From positions 1 through 61,945 of the IMG/VR virus record IMGVR_UViG_3300020474_001671: a DNA stretch of 61,945 nucleotides; one strand, written 5' to 3'. The position numbers and the translations under genes are program-made. Numbering within the stretch: the first letter of the stretch is position 1; each line of letters begins with the position of its first letter. Below are positions 53,906-61,945 of the stretch, in pieces. The notes beneath the pieces were generated by a model. It did no database searches. It worked only from the letters and a program-made list of their open reading frames with translations, and had not been told where the DNA came from. The stretch comes from a virus. Lineage: Duplodnaviria; Caudoviricetes.

Positions 53906-53906
53906 T

Positions 53907-55577
53907 ATGAAAATAGCAATCGTTGGTCCGGGCATTATGCCAATTCCACCTACAGGGTGGGGTGCAGTTGAGATTCTTATTTGGGATCAAAAACTAGCTC
54001 TTGAAAAATTAGGTCATGAAGTATCAATTGTAAACACTCCTAAACCAATTGAGATACTGCAGCAATTGCATGAAATTAATCCTGATTTTGTTCATGTTCA
54101 GTATGATGATTTTGTTGAATTAGTTCCTTACATCAGATATCCGTATGCAATTACAAGTCATTTTGGATATCTAGAGCAACCAAACAAATGGGATTACTAT
54201 GGTCCTAGGGTAGCAGAGAAATTTGCACAGATAAAACCAAACGTATTTTGTTTGTCTGAAGGCATCAAGAATGTCTATCAAAACATAATGAAGTTTGATG
54301 AATCTAAATTATCTGTTACTCCAAATGGGGTAAATGTTGATCTTTTTAGAAGAACTGATACTCCGAAGTATCCAGATAGATCTTTGTGTCTTGCAAAGGT
54401 TGATTACAGGAAGAGGCAATGTTTCTTTCAGGGCATTAGTAGTCTTTACTATGCTGGTAATGTTGTAGATGAAAGATTTGATCAATCCAAAAACTATCTT
54501 GGTGAGTGGGAAAAGCAATATCTTTATGATAATCTCACTGACTATGGTAACCTTGTGCTTCTTTCTGATGGAGAGGCACATCCATTAGTATGTACAGAAG
54601 CACTAACTGCAGGTTTGGGTGTGGTTGTAAGTCAGTATGCAACTGCAAATCTTGATCTAAGTAGGGAATTTATCACTGTTATTCCGGAGGACAAAATTGG
54701 TGATCTTGAGTATGTTGAAAAATGTATTATAGAAAATAGAGAGTACTCTGTTAAGAATAGAGATGAGATAATCGAATACTCAAAACAATTTGATTGGGTC
54801 GAGGTTGTCAAGAATCACTATGTTCCAAATATGGAAAAGATTATCAGGAATACATGTAATAAAGTTGCTATTTGTTTTATTGGAACAGGTAAGTATATTA
54901 ATTTTCTTCCGAATTATTATCAACATATTGAAGAGCATTTTCTACCTAACTCCGAAAAAACATTCTTAGTGTTTACGGATGGGGAATTAGAAGGAGTTCC
55001 AGATAACGTGATTCAATATCATCAGAATCATTTAGATTGGCCATTTATTACTCTCAAAAGATTTGAGATTCTAAATCAAGCAAGACAAGATATCATGAAA
55101 AATGATTGGTTCGTTTTTATTGATGCTGATGCTTTAGTGAAAAGTGATATCACTGAAGATGAATTTTTTGATTATGATAAATCTTTCTTTGGAGTGCATC
55201 ATCCATGTCATTTTCTTGGTATGAAACCACATGATGAGTATCCTGGTGCGTTTGAGACAAACCCAAAATGCCGAGCTTCTATTTCAAAGGGTGATGATAC
55301 TTCAACTTATTGGCAAGGATGTTTGTGGGGTGGAAAAGTTCCTGATGTTTTACAGTTAATTGATGAATTGCAAACAAGAACTGAAAATGATTTAAAAGAT
55401 GATATAATTGCAGTATGGCATGACGAGAGTCATTTAAATAAATTTTTTATTGAAAATAAAGAGAGGGTAAATACCCTTTCACCCTCATATGCATATCCCG
55501 AAGATTTTTCTTCACAGTGTAAATTTGATTCAAAAATAGTGCATTTATCAAAAAATAATTCAAAGTATCATGTATAA
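53907..55577 (+). CDS. Fused GT4-like and GT6 (ABO-type) glycosyltransferase
   Basis: PIPPTGWGAVE, PNGV; then IGTGKY, FTD, FIDAD, GCLWGG, WHDESHLNK. Confidence 0.87.
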   Translation: MKIAIVGPGIMPIPPTGWGAVEILIWDQKLALEKLGHEVSIVNTPKPIEILQQLHEINPDFVHVQYDDFVELVPYIRYPYAITSHFGYLEQPNKWDYYGPRVAEKFAQIKPNVFCLSEGIKNVYQNIMKFDESKLSVTPNGVNVDLFRRTDTPKYPDRSLCLAKVDYRKRQCFFQGISSLYYAGNVVDERFDQSKNYLGEWEKQYLYDNLTDYGNLVLLSDGEAHPLVCTEALTAGLGVVVSQYATANLDLSREFITVIPEDKIGDLEYVEKCIIENREYSVKNRDEIIEYSKQFDWVEVVKNHYVPNMEKIIRNTCNKVAICFIGTGKYINFLPNYYQHIEEHFLPNSEKTFLVFTDGELEGVPDNVIQYHQNHLDWPFITLKRFEILNQARQDIMKNDWFVFIDADALVKSDITEDEFFDYDKSFFGVHHPCHFLGMKPHDEYPGAFETNPKCRASISKGDDTSTYWQGCLWGGKVPDVLQLIDELQTRTENDLKDDIIAVWHDESHLNKFFIENKERVNTLSPSYAYPEDFSSQCKFDSKIVHLSKNNSKYHV

Positions 55578-55824
55578 AATATTTTTTAATGTAAGATGTT
55601 TTTTATGGTCTATTGCTGCAGAAATAGAATATAAACTTTATCCATGGAAATCTAAAGAACCTCCTTCTTGGGCAATATCAAGATATAATGTCGATCATGG
55701 TATAATTGATGAGTATGAAAATAATATGTATTTTGGTTGGATAAAATCTTTAGAAGAGAAGATGAGTGGAATTGATGATAGATTAGAACATCTAAAAAAT
55801 GAAGTTGATGAGATTAAAAAATGA
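55570..55824 (+). CDS. Hypothetical protein
   Basis: Overlapping starts and stops on both sides. Confidence 0.55.
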   Translation: MYKIFFNVRCFLWSIAAEIEYKLYPWKSKEPPSWAISRYNVDHGIIDEYENNMYFGWIKSLEEKMSGIDDRLEHLKNEVDEIKK

Positions 55825-56669
55825 AAATCGCAATCTTGGGATCTGCTGGACAGATCGGTGCTTATCTAGAAGAATATTTAAAAGAGAAGGGGCATGATGT
55901 AATTGGTGTTGATATAGTTGAAGGTCCGCAGAATGATCTTCGTGTAACACCAAACATTTATGTTGAAGGCATTATAAAGAATGCTGACTTTGTATTCTTC
56001 CTTGCTTTTGATGTTGGTGGATCTCATTACCTCAAAAAGTATCAGCATACTTTCCAGTTCATCAACAATAATACACGTATGATGGCAAATACTTTTGCCT
56101 TACTTGAGAAGTATAACAAGAGATTCGTTTTTGCATCATCTCAAATGAGTAATATGAGTTACTCTCCTTATGGAGTGATGAAGAGAGTTGGTGAACTTCA
56201 TACTACAGCATTGAAAGGACTTATAGTGAAGTTCTGGAATGTGTATGGTATCGAAAAAGATATGGAGAAGGCTCATGTGATCACTGACTTCATCCGTAGG
56301 GGATTTGAGGAGGGTGAATTTGAGATGATGACTGACGGCACTGAAGAACGTCAGTTTCTTTATGCTGAGGACTGTTGTGAGGCATTAGAGACTGTGATGG
56401 AGAACTTTACCGACTTCAAACCAGAAGATCCTCTTCATGTTACTTCCTTCAGTTCTACTTCAATTAAAGATATTGCCTCAATCATTCAGGGGCAATTTAA
56501 TTTGATTGGTAAGACCGTAAATATTAAACCTGGTCTTGCAAAAGATAGTGTTCAGATGGATAAACGAAACGAAGCAGATACTTATATTACTGGATGGTGG
56601 ATGCCTAAAACTACTATAGATAGAGGGATTGCAAAAGTTTTTGAGGATATGAAAGGTGATTGGATTTAA
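55821..56669 (+). CDS. NAD-dependent epimerase/dehydratase
   Basis: GSAGQIG, FASS, YGVMK, NVYG, RQFLY. Confidence 0.87.
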   Translation: MKIAILGSAGQIGAYLEEYLKEKGHDVIGVDIVEGPQNDLRVTPNIYVEGIIKNADFVFFLAFDVGGSHYLKKYQHTFQFINNNTRMMANTFALLEKYNKRFVFASSQMSNMSYSPYGVMKRVGELHTTALKGLIVKFWNVYGIEKDMEKAHVITDFIRRGFEEGEFEMMTDGTEERQFLYAEDCCEALETVMENFTDFKPEDPLHVTSFSSTSIKDIASIIQGQFNLIGKTVNIKPGLAKDSVQMDKRNEADTYITGWWMPKTTIDRGIAKVFEDMKGDWI

Positions 56670-57507
56670 TCATATAGGAACTATTGGAAGGTTTGGTAAT
56701 CAGATGTTTCAGTATGCGGCACTCAAAGGTATTGCCGCAAATCGAAAGTTTGAATATACCATTCCTCCAGAGAACTCACAAGTTCAAATTGATAATTATG
56801 GATTAATAGAAGCATTTGAACTTACCCACAATAAAAATATTGGATGGATTGAAACTGAAAATATAATTCAGGAAAATCATTTTCATTTTGATGAGGATAT
56901 ATTTAATAAGTGTCCTGACAAAGTAAGTGTTTATGGATTTTTTCAAACAGAAAAATATTTCAAACATATTGAAGACGAAGTTCGTAAAGATTTTACTTTC
57001 AAAAGTAATTGGTTAGATCCTTGTAAAGAGTTTCGTAGTCAGATGGGAGAAGAAGTTATCTTCCTTCATGTTCGTCGTGGTGATCCTGGTCTTACTGATA
57101 AGAGAGGATTTAAGTGGGCATATGTAAACCTTGCACATCAACATCCTGTGCAACCTCTTGAGTATTATGAGAAGGCACTTGCAGAGTTTGATGAAAGTAT
57201 TCCTGTAGTTGTGTTTTCAGATTCGATTGAGTGGTGTAAGGAGCAAGAGTTCTTTCAGAATGATCGATTCATGTTCTCTGAACCAGAAGATACTCATTCA
57301 GATGGTGCATTAGTTCCTTATCTTGATATGTGCTTGATGTCTTTATGTGATCATGCTATTATTGCTAATAGTTCTATGAGTTGGTGGGGTGCATGGTTGA
57401 TTCAAAATCCAAACAAAAAAGTAATTGCACCAAGCATATGGTTTGGTTCTGATTATGCCGACAAAGATACAAAAGATTTATATTGTGAGAATTGGAAGGT
57501 TATCTAA
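56656..57507 (+). CDS. GT11 alpha-1,2-fucosyltransferase-like protein
   Basis: GRFGNQMFQYA, GFFQTEKYF, HVRRGD, FSD, NSSMSWWGAWL. Confidence 0.92.
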   Translation: MIGFNHIGTIGRFGNQMFQYAALKGIAANRKFEYTIPPENSQVQIDNYGLIEAFELTHNKNIGWIETENIIQENHFHFDEDIFNKCPDKVSVYGFFQTEKYFKHIEDEVRKDFTFKSNWLDPCKEFRSQMGEEVIFLHVRRGDPGLTDKRGFKWAYVNLAHQHPVQPLEYYEKALAEFDESIPVVVFSDSIEWCKEQEFFQNDRFMFSEPEDTHSDGALVPYLDMCLMSLCDHAIIANSSMSWWGAWLIQNPNKKVIAPSIWFGSDYADKDTKDLYCENWKVI

Positions 57508-58298
57508 TGGATAGAAATAAGGCACTTTATAAACTTAAAAGACTTCCTCCCATATATTATCTAAATCTGGATGAGCAACCAGAAAGAAAAGAATATATGG
57601 AAGAGCAATTTAAGTATTGGGAGATTGAGAATTATACTCGTATCTCTGCATACGATGGTAGGGACGGTAGAGACCTCGGAGACATTCTCAAAGGAAGATA
57701 TCCTGATAGTATGACTTCTGGTGAAGTAGGATGCACTACGTCCCATCTGAAAGCAATGGTAGAGTTTCTTAAAACAGATGCTCCATGTGCATTGATGATG
57801 GAAGATGATTGTGATATTTCTACTGTATCTTATTGGCCTTTTGAATGGAAAAATTTCTATGCAAAAGTTCCTTATGACTATGATGTAATTCAACTTGCAG
57901 TTATTAATACGGCATCAGTTCATTTACAAATGCATAAAAGATTTGTAAATGATTTTTCAACAGCATGTTATATGATTACCCGTCGTCATGCACAAAAACT
58001 AATTGACCTTCATATAAGAGGAGATAAGTATAAGATTGATAATGGAGTTAAACCAAGAGCAGTTGCTGATGATCTGATTTATAATTCTGGAAATACTTTT
58101 ACTATTCCTTTGTTCTTATACAAACTTGAACTTGGTTCTTCAATTCATGATGAGCATATTGAAGTTTTTCATAAGTCAAGTTATGAAGGTCTTTGGAATT
58201 TTTGGAAAACACAAGCAAACCAAATTGAAGATTGGGATGCACTATTTGACTATGACCCATACTTTAATCGGTTGCCTCCTGGGTTTGAAGGGAAATAA
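57507..58298 (+). CDS. GT25 family glycosyltransferase
   Basis: YLNLD..PER, RISAYDG, GEVGC..SH, MEDD. Confidence 0.85.
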   Translation: MDRNKALYKLKRLPPIYYLNLDEQPERKEYMEEQFKYWEIENYTRISAYDGRDGRDLGDILKGRYPDSMTSGEVGCTTSHLKAMVEFLKTDAPCALMMEDDCDISTVSYWPFEWKNFYAKVPYDYDVIQLAVINTASVHLQMHKRFVNDFSTACYMITRRHAQKLIDLHIRGDKYKIDNGVKPRAVADDLIYNSGNTFTIPLFLYKLELGSSIHDEHIEVFHKSSYEGLWNFWKTQANQIEDWDALFDYDPYFNRLPPGFEGK

Positions 58299-58301
58299 CA
58301 C

Positions 58302-58340
58302 AGAGAGGGGCTTGACCCCTCTTTATTTTTGCTATATAAT
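58302..58340 (+). promoter_or_regulatory. Terminator fused with promoter at end of glycan island
   Basis: agagagggg-cttga-cccctcttt; TTGACC(58312) N17 TATAAT(58335). Confidence 0.8.
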
Positions 58341-58367
58341 ACTGTAATGTTTCTTCACAAAACTCAA

Positions 58368-58586
58368 ATGACTGTAACAACAGAAGACGGTGGACGCACA
58401 AACATGTGGGCCACTGAACCTCGCATGTATGTTGATCCATCTTATACTGAGGCATATGGTCTTGAGACATATGCAGAACGTGCAGAGAAACTCAATGGTC
58501 GCACAGCAATGATTGGATTTGCTTTTGCACTAGTTTCTTATGCCACGACTGGTAGTGTGTTCTTTTTCGGACTTTTTGGTTTTTGA
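58368..58586 (+). CDS. hli: High-light inducible protein
   Basis: AEKLNGRTAMIGF chlorophyll-binding motif, ATTG. Confidence 0.93.
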   Translation: MTVTTEDGGRTNMWATEPRMYVDPSYTEAYGLETYAERAEKLNGRTAMIGFAFALVSYATTGSVFFFGLFGF

Positions 58587-58596
58587 GCACTTGACA

Positions 58597-58683
58597 ATGT
58601 ATCAAATTTTGTTTACAATAACTAGTATTGCCTTCCTTGTGTTGTTGGCATACTCTGTAGAAAACCTTTCCGAAACTTACTAA
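58597..58683 (+). CDS. Micro-ORF, 28-aa membrane peptide
   Basis: [28 protein letters not shown]; TAATG coupling to petF; overlaps TTGACA N17 TACAAT promoter. Confidence 0.5.
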   Translation: MYQILFTITSIAFLVLLAYSVENLSETY

Positions 58684-58976
58684 TGGATTTTAATGTTACC
58701 TTCCGCACTCCTGATGGAGATGAAACCACAGTTAAATGTGCGGATGACCAATACCTTCTTGATGCTGCCGAGGATGGTGGTGTTGATATGAACTACTCTT
58801 GCCGTGCCGGTGCTTGTTCATCTTGTGCAGGTAAGATTGTATCTGGTACAGTAGACCAAAGTGATCAATCATTCTTGGATGACGATCAAATGGAAGAAGG
58901 ATATGTGCTCACTTGTGTTGCATATCCAACTTCTGATGTTATAATTGAAACTGAACAAGAAGAAAATCTTTACTGA
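58683..58976 (+). CDS. petF: Plant-type [2Fe-2S] ferredoxin
   Basis: [13 protein letters not shown]...LTCVAYP. Confidence 0.97.
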   Translation: MDFNVTFRTPDGDETTVKCADDQYLLDAAEDGGVDMNYSCRAGACSSCAGKIVSGTVDQSDQSFLDDDQMEEGYVLTCVAYPTSDVIIETEQEENLY

Positions 58977-59299
58977 TGCACGGAAGTCTTGAACCAGAAG
59001 ATCGAGTAATGGATACTCCATCTGTTTATGAACAAGTTTCTTCTCTTGCCCAAAAATATGGGTGGGAAGAAGGTGATAACATTGTAGTTGAAATGGCAGG
59101 AACTCAAGTTTCTGGTATTGATGTAGGTGAAGTCTATAATAAGAAATGGCAATCACCTATCGGAACACGTAAGTATAACAAAGAGGCATTCATTGTTATC
59201 AAAAATCTCTCAAGAGATTCCTTTGAGTCTTCTAAACCTATGGATAGAGAACACAAACCTCAACATCCATATGAACCAGTTAGTAAAACAAATGCCTGA
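58976..59299 (+). CDS. Hypothetical cyanophage protein
   Basis: TGATG coupling to petF. Confidence 0.7.
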   Translation: MHGSLEPEDRVMDTPSVYEQVSSLAQKYGWEEGDNIVVEMAGTQVSGIDVGEVYNKKWQSPIGTRKYNKEAFIVIKNLSRDSFESSKPMDREHKPQHPYEPVSKTNA

Positions 59300-59462
59300 T
59301 CCAAATCAACTCTATGATGATATGGAGAGACTAAATGCCCTATACGAAGAACTCTGCTGGGCACATGATGATGAATTAGTATTCACTCATGAAAATGGTA
59401 GAGTCATTATTTACAACAAAACACAAGAGGAAAAAAATGAACGAAAGATCAGAACGTATTAA
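59292..59462 (+). CDS. Hypothetical protein
   Basis: MPDPNQLYDDMERLNALYEELCW. Confidence 0.6.
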   Translation: MPDPNQLYDDMERLNALYEELCWAHDDELVFTHENGRVIIYNKTQEEKNERKIRTY

Positions 59463-59544
59463 TGGATGGGCAGCAATGATTGGCGTCATTGCCGCAATGG
59501 GATCATATGCAACAACAGGTCAACTGATTCCTGGAGTATGGTAA
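59437..59544 (+). CDS. hli: High-light inducible protein (35 aa, not in ORF track)
   Basis: SERINGWAAMIG...TTGQLIPGVW. Confidence 0.93.
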   Translation: MNERSERINGWAAMIGVIAAMGSYATTGQLIPGVW

Positions 59545-59545
59545 A

Positions 59546-59671
59546 ATGATATTATTAGCAACCTTCATGTTGGGTGCTTTTATAATTCATTCCGTATTCT
59601 CTGAAGATATTGATGATGACGATGATAAGGGTGGTGGTATGTTGATACCAGCACAAATCCCAATTCAATAG
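59546..59671 (+). CDS. Small membrane peptide with acidic tract
   Basis: TM helix then DIDDDDDKGGGMLIP. Confidence 0.55.
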   Translation: MILLATFMLGAFIIHSVFSEDIDDDDDKGGGMLIPAQIPIQ

Positions 59672-59677
59672 AAGACA

Positions 59678-59715
59678 AAAAAGACTTTACTCTATATACT
59701 GAGTAGAGTCTTTTT
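59678..59715. terminator. Inverted repeat, possible bidirectional terminator
   Basis: aaaaagactttactc-tatatact-gagtagagtcttttt. Confidence 0.65.
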
Positions 59716-59721
59716 AATATA

Positions 59722-59883
59722 ATGCCAAGTAATCAATTGAATAAGGATGAAATGATATGTCATGTTCTTAAACTCAAGCATGAGGTTGATGGAGAATCAA
59801 AAAATGTATGGCAAGGAGAAAAGGATTTAGTTCATAAATATCTCAATAAAGTACTGGATAAAATTCAAGAATATCGATATTGA
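59722..59883 (+). CDS. Small hypothetical protein (53 aa)
   Basis: ...KDLVHKYLNKVLDKIQEYRY. Confidence 0.55.
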   Translation: MPSNQLNKDEMICHVLKLKHEVDGESKNVWQGEKDLVHKYLNKVLDKIQEYRY

Positions 59884-59887
59884 TTAT

Positions 59888-59921
59888 TTGACAATTTGTC
59901 TTTCTGGGAATATAATAAATA
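59888..59921 (+). promoter_or_regulatory. Sigma70 promoter overlapping late-type AATAAATA
   Basis: TTGACA N17 TATAAT(59911) followed by AAATA. Confidence 0.7.
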
Positions 59922-59947
59922 TCTATACATAAGGATTTGTAATAATA

Positions 59948-61945
59948 GTGTCAATCAGGAAACCATCAGAATACTTTGATAGAGAAAAAGCATCTGTTGA
60001 AAATGTAATTCAGGGTAGTATTGAAAATCCTGAATTGAATACTTTTTCTGATGCTTATGATGCATTCAAAAGAAATTTAAGTAAGGTTGATGTCCTAACT
60101 GATTTTTCTGAAACATTAGGGAACTATCAATCTAATATAGAAAAGGTAAATCATCTCTCTGAAAAGATTGAAGAGTTAGATGGTGATATTAAAAATCTTC
60201 TTACGAAAGAAGATTTGGACAAGGCACTAGTATCTCAACTTTTGTTTCTTGAGGAATGTATTCGTGATGTTCAAGATAAAGTTAAAGGTATAAATCAAAA
60301 AAATCTGATTCAAATTAGATTAGATGTTTCTGATTTATCTGAAACAGTTAATACTTTTGTTGATGATGAACTTCCAAGATATGAAAAATTAGTTTCTGAT
60401 TCTGAAATTAGACTTACTAATAGATGTGAAGTATTAGAAGAAGAACTGAAAGAAACTTTAGATAATATAAAAGATGTTGTTGATGAAAAATATGTTGAGG
60501 ATTTTAATTCTCTCAATGAAGAACTTGGTAGGATAAAGAATAATGATATACCAAAATATAAAAATTTAATTGTTGATTCTGAAATAAAAACAGATTCAAA
60601 GATCAAAGAGTTTGCAGAATTTTTAGATAATACTGTAAATGATGTTGTATCTAAAATTGAACTTGTAAAGGAAGATAATACTGAAATTTTTGATACTTTA
60701 AATTCTAAAGTCGGTGAAGTTAATCAGATTCATGATCTGATGCTTGAGGATATTGAAAAGAGTGAAACTACTAGAGATGAACTAGATAAAAAAGTTGTAG
60801 ATTTGAAAATTGAGATATTGAGAAATGAATCTCATATCGAAAATCAAAATAAAAGTATTGAAACCATTCATGAAGATGTTAAATCTGCGATTGATAAGTT
60901 AAGTATTGAAGAAATACAAAAGAACAATTCAAGACTTGCAAGTAAAGTAAAATATATTGAAGAAGTATTTGAAAAATTTAATGAGAAAGAACTTTTAAGT
61001 GAAAATATTATCACTGAACCTAGTTCTTCAGATAATAGTGATCCATTAACACCATTAGATCAGAAATTTGTAACTTTGGACCAACTCCAGAGTCACTATA
61101 GATTATTTGTAAATCGTATTCAACAACAACTCTCATCATTAGGTGGTGGTGGAGAGGTTCGTCTTGAGTTCCTTGATGATGTTGATAGAGATAGTGCAAG
61201 GGTTAATAATAAGTTTTTAAAATATAATTCTGCCTTAGGTAAATGGGTAGGTGCTAATGCTTCTGGAGGAGCAGGTTCTCAAACACTGGATGAAACTTTA
61301 GAATTAGGAGATACTTCTGCCAGGGGAATGAGTGTTGGTGTTGTTACTTCTACCAAATTTCATGTAGACCCTGTTGGTTCTGGCGTTATTTATAGTGAGA
61401 ATTTAGTTGTTGTTGGTGATGCAAGAGTTACTGGAATTTTAAGTATAGGTACATCTTCAATTGTATTAGATCCTAATGCTAAGAAAATTACAGGTATTGA
61501 AGAAGTAGAACTTGGAACAACTACTTTAAAGCATGATGCTGCGGGGAATATAACTTTTGTTAATACAACTAATCCCACACAAATAATTAATGTTGGTATT
61601 GGAACTTCTGCTTCAGTTAATACAACTGGAATTATTACTGCATCATCATTCACTGGATCTGGTGCTAACCTAACAAATATCCCAAATACTTCATTAGATA
61701 ATACTAGTGTTTCTTTTGGTGGTGTAACACTTAACTTAGGTGGTAGTGATGCAACACCAGCATTTGATTTATCAGATGCTACTAATTATCCAACTAGTAG
61801 TCTTAGTGGAACCATTACTAATGCTCAGTTGGCAGGTTCTATTGCGAATGCTAAGTTAGCAAACGACAGTGTTTCCTTTGGTGGAGTATCATTAGACCTT
61901 GGACAAACAGATGCAACACCAGCATTTGACCTTTCTGATGCTACT
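59948..61945 (+). CDS. Large virion fibre-like protein (3' truncated by window)
   Basis: GTG start; long coiled coil, DPLTPLDQKFVT...RIQQQLSSLGGGGEV motif, then Gly/Ser/Thr-rich fibre-type sequence. Confidence 0.8.
   Translation, partial: MSIRKPSEYFDREKASVENVIQGSIENPELNTFSDAYDAFKRNLSKVDVLTDFSETLGNYQSNIEKVNHLSEKIEELDGDIKNLLTKEDLDKALVSQLLFLEECIRDVQDKVKGINQKNLIQIRLDVSDLSETVNTFVDDELPRYEKLVSDSEIRLTNRCEVLEEELKETLDNIKDVVDEKYVEDFNSLNEELGRIKNNDIPKYKNLIVDSEIKTDSKIKEFAEFLDNTVNDVVSKIELVKEDNTEIFDTLNSKVGEVNQIHDLMLEDIEKSETTRDELDKKVVDLKIEILRNESHIENQNKSIETIHEDVKSAIDKLSIEEIQKNNSRLASKVKYIEEVFEKFNEKELLSENIITEPSSSDNSDPLTPLDQKFVTLDQLQSHYRLFVNRIQQQLSSLGGGGEVRLEFLDDVDRDSARVNNKFLKYNSALGKWVGANASGGAGSQTLDETLELGDTSARGMSVGVVTSTKFHVDPVGSGVIYSENLVVVGDARVTGILSIGTSSIVLDPNAKKITGIEEVELGTTTLKHDAAGNITFVNTTNPTQIINVGIGTSASVNTTGIITASSFTGSGANLTNIPNTSLDNTSVSFGGVTLNLGGSDATPAFDLSDATNYPTSSLSGTITNAQLAGSIANAKLANDSVSFGGVSLDLGQTDATPAFDLSDAT
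61706..61945 (+). repeat. In-frame 162-nt (54-aa) tandem repeat
   Basis: SVSFGGV.L.LG..DATPAFDLSDAT starts at 61706 and 61868. Confidence 0.85.

Noticed and set aside
561-61653. Many minus-strand and alternate-frame ORFs in the supplied track (e.g. 2194-2610, 3803-4177, 11079-11423, 24742-25200, 60310-60606)
   Set aside because: They lie within well-supported plus-strand genes, lack RBS or motifs, and are expected shadow frames

Overview
AT-rich, gene-dense segment of a T4-like (Kyanoviridae-type) marine cyanophage genome, probably infecting Synechococcus. The host is inferred from AMG content and from tRNAs that mostly read A-ending codons. Order of content: (1) replication module: gp44 3' end, purN, purS, dam, gp62, regA, hsp20, gp43, uvsX, gp41 plus a truncated gp41 paralog, mazG. 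(2) Late/virion hypotheticals, primase gp61, nrdA, nrdB, a GIY-YIG protein, a lysozyme-like protein and an SNase. (3) A minus-strand trio of secreted proteins. (4) Five tRNAs (Arg, Asn, Thr, Ala, Gly) with flanking structured RNAs. (5) Two small beta-barrel OMP genes and pstS behind Pho-box-like repeats, a degenerate gnd, and an ndhP gene missing from the ORF track. (6) A ~20 kb glycan island: SDR epimerases, a GDP-heptose-type kinase and nucleotidyltransferase, methyltransferases, DegT aminotransferase, radical SAM, GT4-GT6 fusion, GT11, GT25. (7) hli, petF, hli and the start of a large fibre-like virion gene. Best leads: several self-contained candidate small RNAs, including a ~100-nt multi-stem RNA abutting tRNA-Arg and a tRNA-Gly leader complementary to the host Yfr1 seed; the helicase paralog; a repeated gp44 3'-end junction cassette; a start-less secreted ORF suggesting recoding; and a heptose pathway with no GmhA. 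All calls come from motif recognition by eye; no searches or folding programs were run.
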